Positions 1 to 10,876 are shown, numbered from the stretch's first letter. The stretch: DNA of 39,216 nt from an uncultured Bacilli bacterium (GCA_947628325.1 CANQZL010000002.1:1-39216); one strand, 5' to 3'. Notes: a model not told the origin generated them from the sequence alone. Numbers and translations: made by a program.

Positions 1-747
1 CTAGAGGATATAAATTATATTAAAAAATCTTCATATGAAGAAATGTTTCTTATAACGTATTATAGTTTAATAAGTTTTTTTAAATCATTAGGAACTTTTG
101 GAACTAGAAGTTCTGTTACTAAAGATAATTTAGATATTATTAAAGAAGTATTTAAAATATTGAGATATGAAAGAAAGTTATTAAACTTTATTTTATATAA
201 TATTAAGAATATTGATATTGCTTCAGCGATGGATGTTGTTACTAAATTAGATGAACTTAATGATAAAACAATTTGGCATTATTATGAAGTAATTGAAGAT
301 ATAGAAACAGCAATTTCTTTAGAAGATGAACAACGTGGTAAAAGAGCTAAAGGAGATTTTCCAACTTTAATTAAAGATGATACTTATACTAAAGAAGTTA
401 TATCTTTAGTTGAAGATTATGAAAGTATTAAAAAGTTTTTAGGTTTTGAAGAAGAGTTTTGGAATTTCAGTAAAGATAAAATAAAGGTAATTTCTGATTA
501 TGATGATACAACATTATTTAAAGTGGAACCTTTGTTAAATGAAGATGAGGAAGTAAAAGACTTTCTTATTACTATTCCAAATGTTACTAATTTAGAGACA
601 GCTTTAATAACAATAAAATTATTAGAAGAGGGATATGAAATATATAAAAATATGGGAAAGAAGTTGTCAAATAGGAAATCATTTGATAAACAAGATGAAT
701 TTGTTAAAAAATATTTACCAGATAAAATTAATAAGGAAATTCATTAA
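1..747 (+). CDS. hypothetical protein, probably 5'-truncated at the window edge
   Basis: Frame 1 is open from nt 1 (cta gag gat ..., no stop) through the first ATG at 43 to TAA at 745-747. There is no convincing SD before 43. The sequence is Lys/Glu/Asp-rich with no motif I recognise. Hairpin 748-778 follows directly. Confidence 0.45.
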   Translation, partial: LEDINYIKKSSYEEMFLITYYSLISFFKSLGTFGTRSSVTKDNLDIIKEVFKILRYERKLLNFILYNIKNIDIASAMDVVTKLDELNDKTIWHYYEVIEDIETAISLEDEQRGKRAKGDFPTLIKDDTYTKEVISLVEDYESIKKFLGFEEEFWNFSKDKIKVISDYDDTTLFKVEPLLNEDEEVKDFLITIPNVTNLETALITIKLLEEGYEIYKNMGKKLSNRKSFDKQDEFVKKYLPDKINKEIH

Positions 748-778
748 AAAATGTGGAATACTATTTATTCCACATTTT
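748..778. terminator. bidirectional rho-independent terminator between convergent genes
   Basis: A 13-bp stem (748-760 aaaatgtggaata / 766-778 tattccacatttt) with a 5-nt loop. A/T runs on both sides give a U-tract in either direction. It overlaps the last codons of the Fic CDS. Confidence 0.5.
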
Positions 779-1420
779 CATTTCATCTTCTTTGGTTACT
801 GGGACTAAAGCATTTAAGAATTCAATTTCTATAGGTCCTCTAATTATCTGTGAATAAGCCATTGCTTTTTCTAGTTTTTCAGCATTTATTTTAGTAAAAT
901 CTAGTTCCATGGCTCCACAAGGTAATGAAGGAGTTTTTTCTAAAACAAATTGTCTTAGAAATTCTCTTATTGTTCGACCATTACCTTCTCTAAAAGGATG
1001 AATATTTATCAAAGTAACATAATATTTGGCAAGAAAATAAGCTAAATTGGGTTCAAATTGAACATATTTTATTTCTTCATTCATTCTTTTTAATTCTTCT
1101 TCAAGGTATATATCTATTCTATCTACAGAAGCAAAATATGAAACATTTTTCTTCATATAAACTAGGCGATATTGTCCTGCCCAATCATATAAGTCTGAAA
1201 ATAGATAGTGATGAATGGCACATAGATGTTTTTTATCAAAATCCCCTTTTATAGGGTTTTCATAAAGCTCAACTAATTTTTCAAAACTTATTTCTTTTTC
1301 TTTTTCATGTAATTCTAATGGATCTAGGATACCTAATTTATTTTTAAAGGTTTCTGTACCTGGATAGAAGTAAGAATTCCATAATCTTAAATATTCTTCA
1401 TCATAATCATTTACTGACAT
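761..1420 (-). CDS. Fic/DOC family protein (class I Fic toxin, putative AMP-transferase)
   Basis: Complete Fic motif HPFREGNGRTIR (residues 141-152, nt 965-1000) matches HxFx(D/E)GNGRxxR. The ~200-aa size and layout resemble E. coli Fic and the VbhT FIC domain. ATG at 1420 is preceded by a GAAGGAA SD. It overlaps the upstream small ORF by 14 nt. Confidence 0.85.
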   Translation of the reverse strand: MSVNDYDEEYLRLWNSYFYPGTETFKNKLGILDPLELHEKEKEISFEKLVELYENPIKGDFDKKHLCAIHHYLFSDLYDWAGQYRLVYMKKNVSYFASVDRIDIYLEEELKRMNEEIKYVQFEPNLAYFLAKYYVTLINIHPFREGNGRTIREFLRQFVLEKTPSLPCGAMELDFTKINAEKLEKAMAYSQIIRGPIEIEFLNALVPVTKEDEMKMWNK

Positions 1421-1589
1421 TATTATTCCTTCTTTTTAGAGATAATTTTAATTCACTATCTTCTTTATGAAAAGTAATATTATGTTGATTACAATAACTG
1501 CTAACAAAAGCTGGTTTAACATATAATCTGTCTAAATATAAACTTGCTAATACTTGTCTAACAGCTTTTTCTCTTTTACTTTCTTTCAT
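1407..1589 (-). CDS. putative VbhA/YhfG-like Fic antitoxin (small ORF upstream of Fic)
   Basis: A 60-64 aa ORF overlaps the Fic start, which is the class-I FicTA arrangement. The N-terminal helix KAVRQVLASLYLDRL resembles the VbhA inhibitory helix (..ALASQRLEGL.. from memory). I prefer ATG 1589 (GGGGA SD 6 nt upstream) over the ORF-track ATG 1601, which sits only about 5 nt after the predicted -10. Confidence 0.55.
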   Translation of the reverse strand: MKESKREKAVRQVLASLYLDRLYVKPAFVSSYCNQHNITFHKEDSELKLSLKRRNNNVSK

Positions 1590-1605
1590 ATCAATCCCCA
1601 TTGTA

Positions 1606-1634
1606 ATTTTAACATTTTAGAATAATTATATCAA
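1606..1634 (-). promoter_or_regulatory. sigma-A type promoter of the Fic antitoxin-toxin pair
   Basis: On the minus strand, TTGATA (1634-1629), a 17-nt spacer, then TAAAAT (1611-1606), just upstream of the antitoxin start. Confidence 0.45.
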
Positions 1635-1704
1635 TAATTATTATGTTATTATATTAAGGAAATTACATAAAAAAGGAAAATAAACTAAATATTTTAAGAA
1701 AACT

Positions 1705-1732
1705 AAAAAGTGTAATCGGAATTACACTTTTT
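1705..1732 (-). terminator. rho-independent terminator after rpoC
   Basis: Stem gtgtaat (1710-1716) / attacac (1721-1727), loop cgga, flanked by A5 and T5. It lies 5 nt downstream of the rpoC stop. Confidence 0.6.
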
Positions 1733-1736
1733 ATTA

Positions 1737-4700
1737 TTAACTTAATTGTTCAACTAAATCATTTTCAACAGATGCATGATTTTCAAAAGGAGCTGCTTCT
1801 TGCTTTATTTCATCATTATCGATTAGTTGTTCTTCTAAGAATTCACTAGGTTCATCACTCATGAATTCTTTTTCAAGAATCATTTCTATATTGCTATATT
1901 GTTTAGCTCCTGTACCAGCAGGAATTAATTTACCAATAACAACATTTTCTTTTAAGCCACGTAATTCATCAGTTTTACCTTTAATAGCAGCTTCAGTTAA
2001 GACTCTTGTTGTTTCTTGGAATGAAGCAGCTGATAGCCATGAATCAGTTTCTAGTGAAGACTTAGTAATACCTAACATTACAGGACGTCCAGTTGCAGGA
2101 ACACCACCATTTAATATTACTGGTTTATTAGCTTCATTAAAGTCATGTAATGATACAGATAATCCTTCTACAAGATCAGTATCTCCGCCATCAACAATTT
2201 TCATCTTAGAAATCATACGACGAACAATAACTTCGATATGTTTATCAGAAATATCAACACCTTGTGATTTGTAAACTTTTTGAATTTCTTTTAAGATGTA
2301 GCTTTCAGCAGTAATTGGGTCAGTAACAGCAAGTAATTCTTTTGGACTAACAGAACCTTCAGTTAATTGTTCACCTGCTACTACTTCATCTCCTACTTCA
2401 ACACGTACTTTTGAATTGTATAATGTTGTATGTTCACGAGATTCAACATCGTTTTCAACAACAATTTTATGTTTGCCATTAGCATTTTCAATACTAACAA
2501 CTTTACCTGTAATTTCAGAGATAGTTGCTTTAGCTTTAGGATTACGAGCTTCAAATAGTTCTTCAACACGTGGAAGACCTTGAGTAATATCAGCATCACC
2601 ACCATGCGCAACACCTCCTGAGTGGAATGTACGCATTGTAAGTTGAGTACCTGGTTCACCAATAGATTGAGCAGCCATAACACCAACAGCTTCACCAGTT
2701 TCAACTAGATTACCAGTTGCTAAGTTACGACCATAACATTTTTGGCAAACACCATATTGGCTCTTACAAGTTAAAGCACTTCTTATTTCTACTTTTTTAA
2801 TACCAGCTTTAACAATCTTTTTAGCTAGGTTTTCATTTATCATTTCATTTTTGTCAACAATTAATTCTTTAGTTTCAGGATTAATAACTTTAGTAGCTGT
2901 AAATCTTCCAACTATTCTATCTTCTAAAGATTCAATAACTGTACCAACTTTTTCATCTATAAAGTCACTAACTTCAATACCTGAAATTGCTCCACAATCT
3001 TCTTCTTTAACTATGATATCTTGAGCAACATCAACTAAACGACGAGTCATATATCCAGAGTCAGCTGTACGTAAGGCAGTATCGGCAGAACCTTTACGAG
3101 CACCATGCGTACTTAAGAAGAATTCGGAAACGTTTAATCCTTCAATAAAGTTAGATTTAATTGGGATTTCAACTGGTTGACCATTTGGTTTAGCCATTAA
3201 ACCACGCATACCAGCAAGTTGAGTAAAGTTTCCAGCATTACCACGAGCACCTGAATTCATCATCATAAATATTGGATTAGTATGATCACCATCAGATATT
3301 TGTTTTAATTCTTCCTCAACTTCATCTTTAGTATTATTCCATACTTGAATAACATTATTAAATCTTTCTTCTTCAGTAATTAAACCTCTTTGATATTGTT
3401 TATTAATTTTATCAACTTTAGATTGACCTTCTTCAATTTTTTGATTTTTATCTTTAGCTTCAACTATATCATAGGCAGAAACAGTTATACCAGCTATTGT
3501 TGAATATTTAAATCCTAAATCTTTCATAGCATCTAAGACTGCTGATGTTTCAGTTGTTTTATAACGCTTAAAGATTTGAGCAATTATTTGTGATAAATTC
3601 TTTTTAATAAATGGTGAAACTGGTTCCATTTCAGCTATTGCTTCTTTAATGTTTGTTCCCATACTTAAGAAGAATTTGCTAGGAGTAATATTTTCAATAT
3701 TTTCTTTACTTGCTTCATTAATATATGGGAATGAATCAGGTAATATTTCATTGAAAATTAATTTACCAGCAGTTGTTACTAAATATTTGCTTTTTTGTTC
3801 ATCAGTAAATAATTTATATTTAAATGAACTAACTGGTAAAGCAATTCTTGTATGAAGAGTAATTTCTTTTCTTTCATAAGCCATTATTGCTTCATTAGAA
3901 TTTTTATATACTTTACCTTCGTTTTCTTCACCTGGTTCTTCAATTGATAAGTAATAGTTACCTAAAACCATATCTTGAGAAGGTGTAACGATAGGTTTTC
4001 CAGATTTTGGATCTAGAATATTTTGAGCACCAAGCATTAAAAGACGAGCTTCTGCTTTGGCTTCTTCTGATAATGGTACGTGAACAGCCATTTGGTCTCC
4101 ATCGAAATCGGCATTAAATCCTGTACATACTAATGGATGTAAACGAATAGCTTTACCACCTACTAGTTTTGGTTCAAAAGCTTGAATACCAAGTCTATGT
4201 AATGTTGGAGCACGGTTTAACATTACTGGATGTTCAGTAATACAATCTTCAACAACATCCCATACACATTCGTCACGACTTTCAATTAGTTTTTTAGCAC
4301 CTTTTATATTATGCGCTAAACCTCTTTCAACTAAGCCATGAATTACATGTGGTTTAAATAGCTCTAAAGCCATTTCTTTTGGAATACCACATTGATACAT
4401 TTTTAAATTTGGTCCTACACAGATAACTGAACGACCTGAGTAGTCAACACGTTTACCTAATAAGTTTTGACGGAAACGTCCTTGTTTACCTTTTAACATA
4501 CTAGATAAAGATTTTAATGGTCTATTACCAGCAGCAGTAATACTTCTACCACGACGACCATTGTCAAATAATGAATCAACAGCTTCTTGAAGCATACGTT
4601 TTTCATTTTGAACAATAATTGTTGGAGCTGATAATTCTAATAATTTTTTTAAACGATTATTACGATTAATAATTCTACGATATAAATCATTTAAGTCAGA

Positions 4701-5453
4701 AGTAGCAAATCTACCACCATCTAGTTGAATCATTGGTCTAATATCAGGAGGTATAACAGGAAGAGCTTCTAGAATCATCCATTCTGGTTTATTACCAGAT
4801 TCTTCAAATGCTACTAAACAATCAAGACGTTTAACTAAACGAACACGTTTTTGTCCTGTAGCTGTTTCTAGTTCTTCTCTTAATTTAGCTACTTCAGCTG
4901 AAACATCTACTTCTTTTAATAATTCTTGGATTGCTTCAGCACCCATACCTACTTTGAAAGTATTTCCATATTTTTCATAGTAAGCACGATATTCTTTATC
5001 AGAAAGAGTTTGTTTTTTCTCTAAAGGAGCTTGTCCTGGATCAATTACAACGTAACTAACAAAGTATAATACTTCTTCTAAGTCTCTTGGAGACATATCT
5101 AGTACTAAGCCCATTTTTGATGGAACACCTTTAAAGAACCAAATATGTGAACATGGAGAAGCTAGTTCAATATGTCCCATACGTTCACGTCTAACTTTTG
5201 AACTAGTAACTTCTACTCCACATCTATCACAAATAACATTTTTATATCTTAGTCTTTTGTATTTACCACAAGAACATTCATAGTCTTTTGATGGTCCAAA
5301 GATTTTTTCACAAAACAATCCATCACGTTCAGGTTTTAAAGTACGATAATTAATTGTTTCAGGTTTCTTTACTTCACCATAAGACCAACTTCTTATTTTT
5401 TCAGGAGATGCAATTCCTATCTTGATACCTTTAAAACTATTAGCATCTATCAT
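1737..5453 (-). CDS. rpoC: DNA-directed RNA polymerase subunit beta-prime
   Basis: 1238 aa with the N-terminal Zn-binding [23 protein letters not shown], the catalytic [12 protein letters not shown], and trigger-loop/bridge-helix regions conserved. The ATG overlaps the rpoB TGA (ATGA at 5450-5453). Confidence 0.98.
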   Translation of the reverse strand: MIDANSFKGIKIGIASPEKIRSWSYGEVKKPETINYRTLKPERDGLFCEKIFGPSKDYECSCGKYKRLRYKNVICDRCGVEVTSSKVRRERMGHIELASPCSHIWFFKGVPSKMGLVLDMSPRDLEEVLYFVSYVVIDPGQAPLEKKQTLSDKEYRAYYEKYGNTFKVGMGAEAIQELLKEVDVSAEVAKLREELETATGQKRVRLVKRLDCLVAFEESGNKPEWMILEALPVIPPDIRPMIQLDGGRFATSDLNDLYRRIINRNNRLKKLLELSAPTIIVQNEKRMLQEAVDSLFDNGRRGRSITAAGNRPLKSLSSMLKGKQGRFRQNLLGKRVDYSGRSVICVGPNLKMYQCGIPKEMALELFKPHVIHGLVERGLAHNIKGAKKLIESRDECVWDVVEDCITEHPVMLNRAPTLHRLGIQAFEPKLVGGKAIRLHPLVCTGFNADFDGDQMAVHVPLSEEAKAEARLLMLGAQNILDPKSGKPIVTPSQDMVLGNYYLSIEEPGEENEGKVYKNSNEAIMAYERKEITLHTRIALPVSSFKYKLFTDEQKSKYLVTTAGKLIFNEILPDSFPYINEASKENIENITPSKFFLSMGTNIKEAIAEMEPVSPFIKKNLSQIIAQIFKRYKTTETSAVLDAMKDLGFKYSTIAGITVSAYDIVEAKDKNQKIEEGQSKVDKINKQYQRGLITEEERFNNVIQVWNNTKDEVEEELKQISDGDHTNPIFMMMNSGARGNAGNFTQLAGMRGLMAKPNGQPVEIPIKSNFIEGLNVSEFFLSTHGARKGSADTALRTADSGYMTRRLVDVAQDIIVKEEDCGAISGIEVSDFIDEKVGTVIESLEDRIVGRFTATKVINPETKELIVDKNEMINENLAKKIVKAGIKKVEIRSALTCKSQYGVCQKCYGRNLATGNLVETGEAVGVMAAQSIGEPGTQLTMRTFHSGGVAHGGDADITQGLPRVEELFEARNPKAKATISEITGKVVSIENANGKHKIVVENDVESREHTTLYNSKVRVEVGDEVVAGEQLTEGSVSPKELLAVTDPITAESYILKEIQKVYKSQGVDISDKHIEVIVRRMISKMKIVDGGDTDLVEGLSVSLHDFNEANKPVILNGGVPATGRPVMLGITKSSLETDSWLSAASFQETTRVLTEAAIKGKTDELRGLKENVVIGKLIPAGTGAKQYSNIEMILEKEFMSDEPSEFLEEQLIDNDEIKQEAAPFENHASVENDLVEQLS

Positions 5454-8400
5454 AGTTCTTCACCTTCCTCTTCTTCCCCTGGATATTCAATATCATCTAG
5501 ACTATCACCAAATTCATCTTCTTCGTCTTCGTCTAAATTTTCGTATTCACCATCATCTGGTACAGGAGGTTCTTCAATTTCCTCCATTTCTTTACCTATT
5601 TCATTTACGGAAATAGCTTCTTCTTCATCTTCATGTTCTAAATCTTGAATATCTACTAATTTATCATCTTGATTTAGTATTTGAATATCAAGTCCTAAAG
5701 CTTGGAATTCTTTTAATAATACACGGAAGCTTTCTGGAATACCAGCTTGACTTATTGTCTTACCTTTAACCATTGCTTCATATATCTTAACACGACCTAC
5801 TACATCATCAGATTTAACGGTTAAAATTTCTTGAAGAACATGAGCAGCACCATAAGCATATAATGCCCAAACTTCCATTTCACCAAATCTTTGTCCACCA
5901 AATTGAGCTTTACCACCTAATGGTTGTTGTGTAACCATTGAGTAAGGTCCAGTTGAACGAGCATGTAATTTATCATCAACCATGTGATGTAATTTAATCA
6001 TGTACATTACACCAACAGAAACTCTATTTTCGAAAGGTTCACCAGTACGACCATTGTAAAGAATAGTCTTACCATCTGGATCCATACCAGCAGCTTTTAA
6101 TTCAGCACTAATATCATCCATAGTTGCACCATCGAATACTGGAGTTGCATAATGTAATCCTAATTTTTTACCAGCCATTCCTAAATGTAATTCAAGAATT
6201 TGACCAATATTCATACGTGATGGAACACCTTGTGGGTTAAGAACGATATCAACTGGTGTACCATCTGGTAAGTATGGCATGTCTTCTTCTGGTAAGATAA
6301 GGGAAATAACACCTTTGTTACCATGACGACCTGACATTTTATCACCAACTTGAATTTTACGTTTTTGAATAATGTAAACACGAACTACTTTTGAAACACC
6401 AGCAGGTAATTCATCAGAATTTTCTTTTGTATATATTTTAACATCATGAACTATACCACCAGCACCATGATCAACTCTTAATGAAGTATCTCTTACTTCA
6501 CGAGTTTTTTCACCAAATATGGCATGTAATAATTTTTCTTCACTAGTTAGTTCTTGAACACCTTTTGGTGTAACTTTACCAACTAAAATATCGCCATCTT
6601 TAACTTCAGTACCAATTCTTACAATACCATTGGCATCAAGATTTTTACGAGCATCATCACCAACATTTGGGATATCTCTAGTAATTTCTTCTGGTCCTAA
6701 TTTAGTATCACGACAATCAATGTCATAATGTTCTATATGTAAAGAAGTATAAACATCTTCTTTTACTAATCTTTCATTTAAAACAACTGCATCTTCATAG
6801 TTATAACCATTACAAGTCATAAAGGCAATTGTCATATTTTTACCTAAAGCTAATTCACCTTTATCAGTAGATGGTCCATCAGCAATAACTTCACCTTTAT
6901 GAACTTTATCTCCCTTTTTAACTAGTGGATGATGGTTAATATTTGAGGCATCATTACTTCTTTCAAAATTAGCTAGGTAGTAAATATCTTCGCCACCAGC
7001 TGTTTTGACAGTTATTTTTTTACCATCAGCATATTCTACTACACCATCAGCTTTACAAACGATTGTTGATCCTGAATCACGAGCAGCTATATATTCCATA
7101 CCTGTTCCAACAATTGGAGCTTCTGTTGTAAGAAGAGGAACAGCTTGACGTTGCATGTTAGCACCCATTAGGGCACGAGTAGCATCATCATGTTCCAAGA
7201 AAGGAATACAACTTGTTGTAATAGAAACAATTTGGTTAGGAGCAACGTCAACAAAGTTAACTTGATCTTTTGAAACCATAACTGTATCGCCATTTAAACG
7301 AGCAATAACTTTATCTTCAACAATTTTATTATCATCATCAATTTCTAAAGTAGCTTGAGAAATATAATAGTCGGCTTCTTCATCAGCTGTTAAGTAAACT
7401 ATTTCATCAGTTAATTGTGAATTTACTACTTTACGATATGGTGTCATGATAAAACCATATTCATTAACTTTGGCATAAGAAGCTAAAGAAGTTATCAAAC
7501 CGATGTTTTGTCCTTCTGGTGATTCTATAGGACAAATACGACCATAGTGACTTGGATTAACGTCACGAACTTCCATACCAGCTCTTTCTCTTGAAAGACC
7601 TCCAGGGCCTAAGCAAGATAGACGACGTTTATCTGTTAATTCAGCAATTGGATTAATTTGATCCATGAATTTTGATAATTGTGAACTACCAAAGAATTCT
7701 TTTAAGCAAGCTGTTACAGGACGAATATTAATTAGAGTTTTTGGTGTTACAGTATCAATTTCTTGAGTAGTCATTCTTTCTCTAATAACTCTTTCCATAC
7801 GAGACATACCTACACGGAATTGAGTTTGGATTAATTCACCTACTTGACGAACACGTCTATTACCTAAATGGTCAATTTCATCATCGCTACCTATTCCATA
7901 TTGTAGATTTAAATAATATGAAACAGATGCATATATATCAGATATAGTTAAACGACGAGAATCAATACTTTGATCATTACCTATAATTGAATGAATTATT
8001 GTCTCATCATCTTTATCATATACTTTTATTTCTTGTACTTTATTGTATTCATCTAATTCTTCATTTATTTTTACTTCATGTAAACCAAAGCCAGCTTCAA
8101 ATAAAGGACGAACACTTTCTAATATTTCTTTTGTAATAATAGTTCCTTCTGGTACTACTATTTTTCTTCCATCTTTAATTGGTTCAGCTATTTTTTGATT
8201 TAATAGTCGATCTAAGACATTTAATTTTTTATTAAATTTATAACGACCAACTTTTTGCAAATCATAACGGAATTTATCAAAGAATCTCGTTATTAATTGG
8301 TTTTTAGCTGAATCTAAAGTAGCAGGTTCACCTGGTCTTAATTTTTCATAAATTTCAATTAAAGCTTCATCAGAATTTTTAGTACTATCTTTTTCTAAGG

Positions 8401-9055
8401 TATTTAAAAGATATTTATCATTACCAAATGTTTCAAGTATTTCTTCATTTGATGATAAACCTAAAGCTCTTAAGAAGGCTGTAATTGTAACTTTACGAGT
8501 TCTATCAATACGAACATAGAAAATATCTCTTGCATCTAGTTCATATTCTAACCAAGTACCTTTGTTAGGTATTATTTCACCAGAAATTATTTTCCTTCCA
8601 CTTTTATCGATTTCTTTTTTGTAGTAAACAGATGGACTTCTTACTAATTGAGAAACGATAACACGTTCAGCACCATTAATTATAAATGTTCCAGCATCAG
8701 TCATTAATGGTAAGTCACCTAAGAAAATTTCTTGTTCTTTTACTTCACCTGTTTCGTGAATAAATACACGCGCTTGGACTTTTAATGGAGCTGCATAATT
8801 AACCATACGCTCCTTAGCTTCCTTAACTGTGTATCTTGGTGATTCAAAATAATAATCACCTAATTCAAGTGAAATATTACCAGTGAAACTTTCAACAGGG
8901 AATAAGTCTTCAAATACTTCCTTAATCCCTTCTTCTAGAAATCTCTGATATGATTTCTTTTGAACTTCTAATAAATCTGTTAACTCTACGGTGTTTTTAA
9001 TTCTTGAGAAAGTCTTCCTTTCTCTATGGTCTCCAAATTTCGCCATTTTTGCCAT
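5450..9055 (-). CDS. rpoB: DNA-directed RNA polymerase subunit beta
   Basis: 1201 aa with the rifampicin cluster [41 protein letters not shown] and conserved [13 protein letters not shown]. It has a Firmicute-type acidic C-terminal tail. A GGGGTGA SD sits 9 nt before ATG 9055. Confidence 0.98.
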   Translation of the reverse strand: MAKMAKFGDHRERKTFSRIKNTVELTDLLEVQKKSYQRFLEEGIKEVFEDLFPVESFTGNISLELGDYYFESPRYTVKEAKERMVNYAAPLKVQARVFIHETGEVKEQEIFLGDLPLMTDAGTFIINGAERVIVSQLVRSPSVYYKKEIDKSGRKIISGEIIPNKGTWLEYELDARDIFYVRIDRTRKVTITAFLRALGLSSNEEILETFGNDKYLLNTLEKDSTKNSDEALIEIYEKLRPGEPATLDSAKNQLITRFFDKFRYDLQKVGRYKFNKKLNVLDRLLNQKIAEPIKDGRKIVVPEGTIITKEILESVRPLFEAGFGLHEVKINEELDEYNKVQEIKVYDKDDETIIHSIIGNDQSIDSRRLTISDIYASVSYYLNLQYGIGSDDEIDHLGNRRVRQVGELIQTQFRVGMSRMERVIRERMTTQEIDTVTPKTLINIRPVTACLKEFFGSSQLSKFMDQINPIAELTDKRRLSCLGPGGLSRERAGMEVRDVNPSHYGRICPIESPEGQNIGLITSLASYAKVNEYGFIMTPYRKVVNSQLTDEIVYLTADEEADYYISQATLEIDDDNKIVEDKVIARLNGDTVMVSKDQVNFVDVAPNQIVSITTSCIPFLEHDDATRALMGANMQRQAVPLLTTEAPIVGTGMEYIAARDSGSTIVCKADGVVEYADGKKITVKTAGGEDIYYLANFERSNDASNINHHPLVKKGDKVHKGEVIADGPSTDKGELALGKNMTIAFMTCNGYNYEDAVVLNERLVKEDVYTSLHIEHYDIDCRDTKLGPEEITRDIPNVGDDARKNLDANGIVRIGTEVKDGDILVGKVTPKGVQELTSEEKLLHAIFGEKTREVRDTSLRVDHGAGGIVHDVKIYTKENSDELPAGVSKVVRVYIIQKRKIQVGDKMSGRHGNKGVISLILPEEDMPYLPDGTPVDIVLNPQGVPSRMNIGQILELHLGMAGKKLGLHYATPVFDGATMDDISAELKAAGMDPDGKTILYNGRTGEPFENRVSVGVMYMIKLHHMVDDKLHARSTGPYSMVTQQPLGGKAQFGGQRFGEMEVWALYAYGAAHVLQEILTVKSDDVVGRVKIYEAMVKGKTISQAGIPESFRVLLKEFQALGLDIQILNQDDKLVDIQDLEHEDEEEAISVNEIGKEMEEIEEPPVPDDGEYENLDEDEEDEFGDSLDDIEYPGEEEEGEEL

Positions 9056-9126
9056 TTTTTTGTTTCACCCCTATACCTAATTTTTTTGTTTTACACAGAC
9101 AAAAAACAATATGCCACCAATTTATA

Positions 9127-9155
9127 ATTTTAATTGATGTAAAGTTTATTGTCAA
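9127..9155 (-). promoter_or_regulatory. sigma-A type promoter upstream of rpoB
   Basis: On the minus strand, TTGACA (9155-9150), a 17-nt spacer, then TAAAAT (9132-9127). The -35 overlaps the stop codon of the upstream methyltransferase gene. Confidence 0.45.
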
Positions 9156-9751
9156 TGCTTTTTGGCTTTAATAATATAAAAACCTTTGCTTTTTTTTACT
9201 ACTTGACATTCGTAGTTTTCTTCCAAATGTTTCATAGTGCTTTTTGCTCCTTGATCTTTTCTTATAACCATCCAGAGCTCACCATCCTCTTTAAGATAGT
9301 CTCTTGCTCCATCTAAGATGCCGTAAACTACTGTTTTACCTGCTCTGATTGGGGGATTTGTTATAATTAAATCATATATACCAGTAATATTTTGATAAAT
9401 ATTACTTTCTAACACTTTAACAGAATTACTTACGCCGTTTTGCAACGCATTCTTTTCTGCTAAGTGTAGAGCTCTTTTATTAACATCACACAAAGTGACC
9501 TTTGCATTCAAAATTTTAGCTGCCGATATTCCAAGTAATCCATATCCACAGCCAACATCTAATATATCTAAATTTTCTTTATTAACATTTTCGAATAATG
9601 CCTCTAATAATAAATTACTACCAAAGTCTATTTTATTTTTGGAAAAAACACCATTATCACTAAAAAAGGTCAATTCATGTTCCTTATATTTATAGGTAAT
9701 AGTTCTTATTTCACTTTTTAAATTTGGGTTGTTAGTAAAATATTGTTCCAA
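9152..9751 (-). CDS. class I SAM-dependent methyltransferase, RsmC/YbxB-like (small MTS domain)
   Basis: Motifs LDVGCGYGLLG (SAM motif I) and ITNPPIRAGK, with the C-terminal KGFYIIKAKK close to my recollection of B. subtilis YbxB, which also sits directly upstream of rpoB. The ORF is open to TTG 9820. TTG 9751 (GGTGA SD 4 nt upstream) gives a YbxB-like length of 200 aa and fits the predicted promoter at 9835-9863. Confidence 0.8.
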   Translation of the reverse strand: MEQYFTNNPNLKSEIRTITYKYKEHELTFFSDNGVFSKNKIDFGSNLLLEALFENVNKENLDILDVGCGYGLLGISAAKILNAKVTLCDVNKRALHLAEKNALQNGVSNSVKVLESNIYQNITGIYDLIITNPPIRAGKTVVYGILDGARDYLKEDGELWMVIRKDQGAKSTMKHLEENYECQVVKKSKGFYIIKAKKH

Positions 9752-9834
9752 AGAATCACCAGTTTCTTTCTGTAAGACAATAATATATTTAATTATATAA
9801 TTATCGACTTCAAAAGTCAATAAAATTATTGCTT

Positions 9835-9863
9835 ATTGTACTTTGTTTTTACAAAAAAAGCAA
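9835..9863 (-). promoter_or_regulatory. candidate promoter of the methyltransferase gene
   Basis: On the minus strand, TTGCTT (9863-9858), a 17-nt spacer, then TACAAT (9840-9835). The T7-A-T7-A7-T7 block at 9869-9897 lies in the UP-element position. Confidence 0.4.
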
Positions 9864-9924
9864 TATTATTTTTTTATTTTTTTAAAAAAATTTTTTTAAG
9901 AATATTTAGGCATTAAAAAAAGAC

Positions 9925-10851
9925 CTATTCAGGAATAGTGAATAAGTCTTGTTCATTTATTTTATTTTGAAAATAAGTAACTTTATCTAGCCAAGATAAG
10001 GCTGGACCTGCTCCTTTATTACCATAAACATAAACAGCAGATAGTTCTAACATACCATTTTCAGCTGTTAAATCAATTTCAAAATTTTCAAGTAAGGCTT
10101 TGAAGTTAAGAACAAATGAGATAACACCTGATTCTAAAGTATCAAAAGCTAACCAACCACTAGTACTTCTTTGTCCACCAACATTGTTACTATTAATAAA
10201 TAAATTACTAGTAAGAATTCCTGTTTCGTGATAAGAAATAGCTAAAGCTAAACTTTTATCTACACCAAATAAGTCACATATCTTACCCATAAATTGTTCA
10301 TAAGTTAAACCACTATCAAGATAAACTGTTTTATTTATAATTTTTTTGTCAGCTCTAATAGTATCTAATACATGAATTTCTTCATAAGTTGTATCAAAAC
10401 GAGCTGGGTAACGATAGATATCTCTTATGAAATATACTACCCCAGCCTCAAAACTATTAAATGGACCAACATTTTCACGATTTTCAGGTTTAGCAATAGC
10501 AAAGGTTGTATTAAATGCTTCATCTTCATAATTTGAAGTTAAGGTATGGGCAATCTCTAAAACTTTATCAACATTTAAATTAAATTTTTGAGCATAGTAA
10601 ATTATAGTGTTATCCTTTTGACGTTTTTCTAAAGTTTCATCTAAATTTTTAAAGAATTCTCTATCAGATAATTTAACAACGTCAATTATTTCTTTTCTTG
10701 CTTCAGATTGGCTTTCATTAACTACTTCACTAGCATATACTCTATTCTTTTTAATAATTAAGCCAACTGTTAAAACAATTAGTAAAAGCAATACTGGAAT
10801 ACACATTATAACTTGTTTTCGAAGACGCAATTTATGTTTTTTTCTTCTCAT
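9925..10851 (-). CDS. membrane-anchored protein with C-terminal glucosaminidase-like domain (putative peptidoglycan hydrolase)
   Basis: Basic N-terminus plus one TM helix (IMCIPVLLLLIVLTVGLII). The C-terminal segment AISYHETGILTSNLFINSNNVGGQRSTSGWLAFDTLESGV resembles the ..LESGwG.S.l....NNlFG.. core of N-acetylglucosaminidase domains. AAAGGAGA SD. The domain call is tentative. Confidence 0.6.
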   Translation of the reverse strand: MRRKKHKLRLRKQVIMCIPVLLLLIVLTVGLIIKKNRVYASEVVNESQSEARKEIIDVVKLSDREFFKNLDETLEKRQKDNTIIYYAQKFNLNVDKVLEIAHTLTSNYEDEAFNTTFAIAKPENRENVGPFNSFEAGVVYFIRDIYRYPARFDTTYEEIHVLDTIRADKKIINKTVYLDSGLTYEQFMGKICDLFGVDKSLALAISYHETGILTSNLFINSNNVGGQRSTSGWLAFDTLESGVISFVLNFKALLENFEIDLTAENGMLELSAVYVYGNKGAGPALSWLDKVTYFQNKINEQDLFTIPE

Positions 10852-10876
10852 ACAAATTCTCCTTTGTACGTTATTA

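Noticed and set aside
1861-5616. ORF-track entries inside or antisense to rpoC/rpoB (1861-2274 +, 2393-2704 -, 3649-3855 +, 5422-5616 +)
   Set aside because: They lie entirely within or antisense to the highly conserved rpoC/rpoB reading frames. They encode low-complexity Leu/Ser/Ile-rich peptides and lack SD sequences. They are shadow ORFs.
5450-5660. Highly acidic ~65-residue C-terminal tail of RpoB (and the acidic C-terminal end of RpoC) as a possible novelty
   Set aside because: As far as I recall, B. subtilis and other Bacillota RpoB proteins also end in an acidic Asp/Glu-rich tail, so this is lineage-typical rather than unusual.
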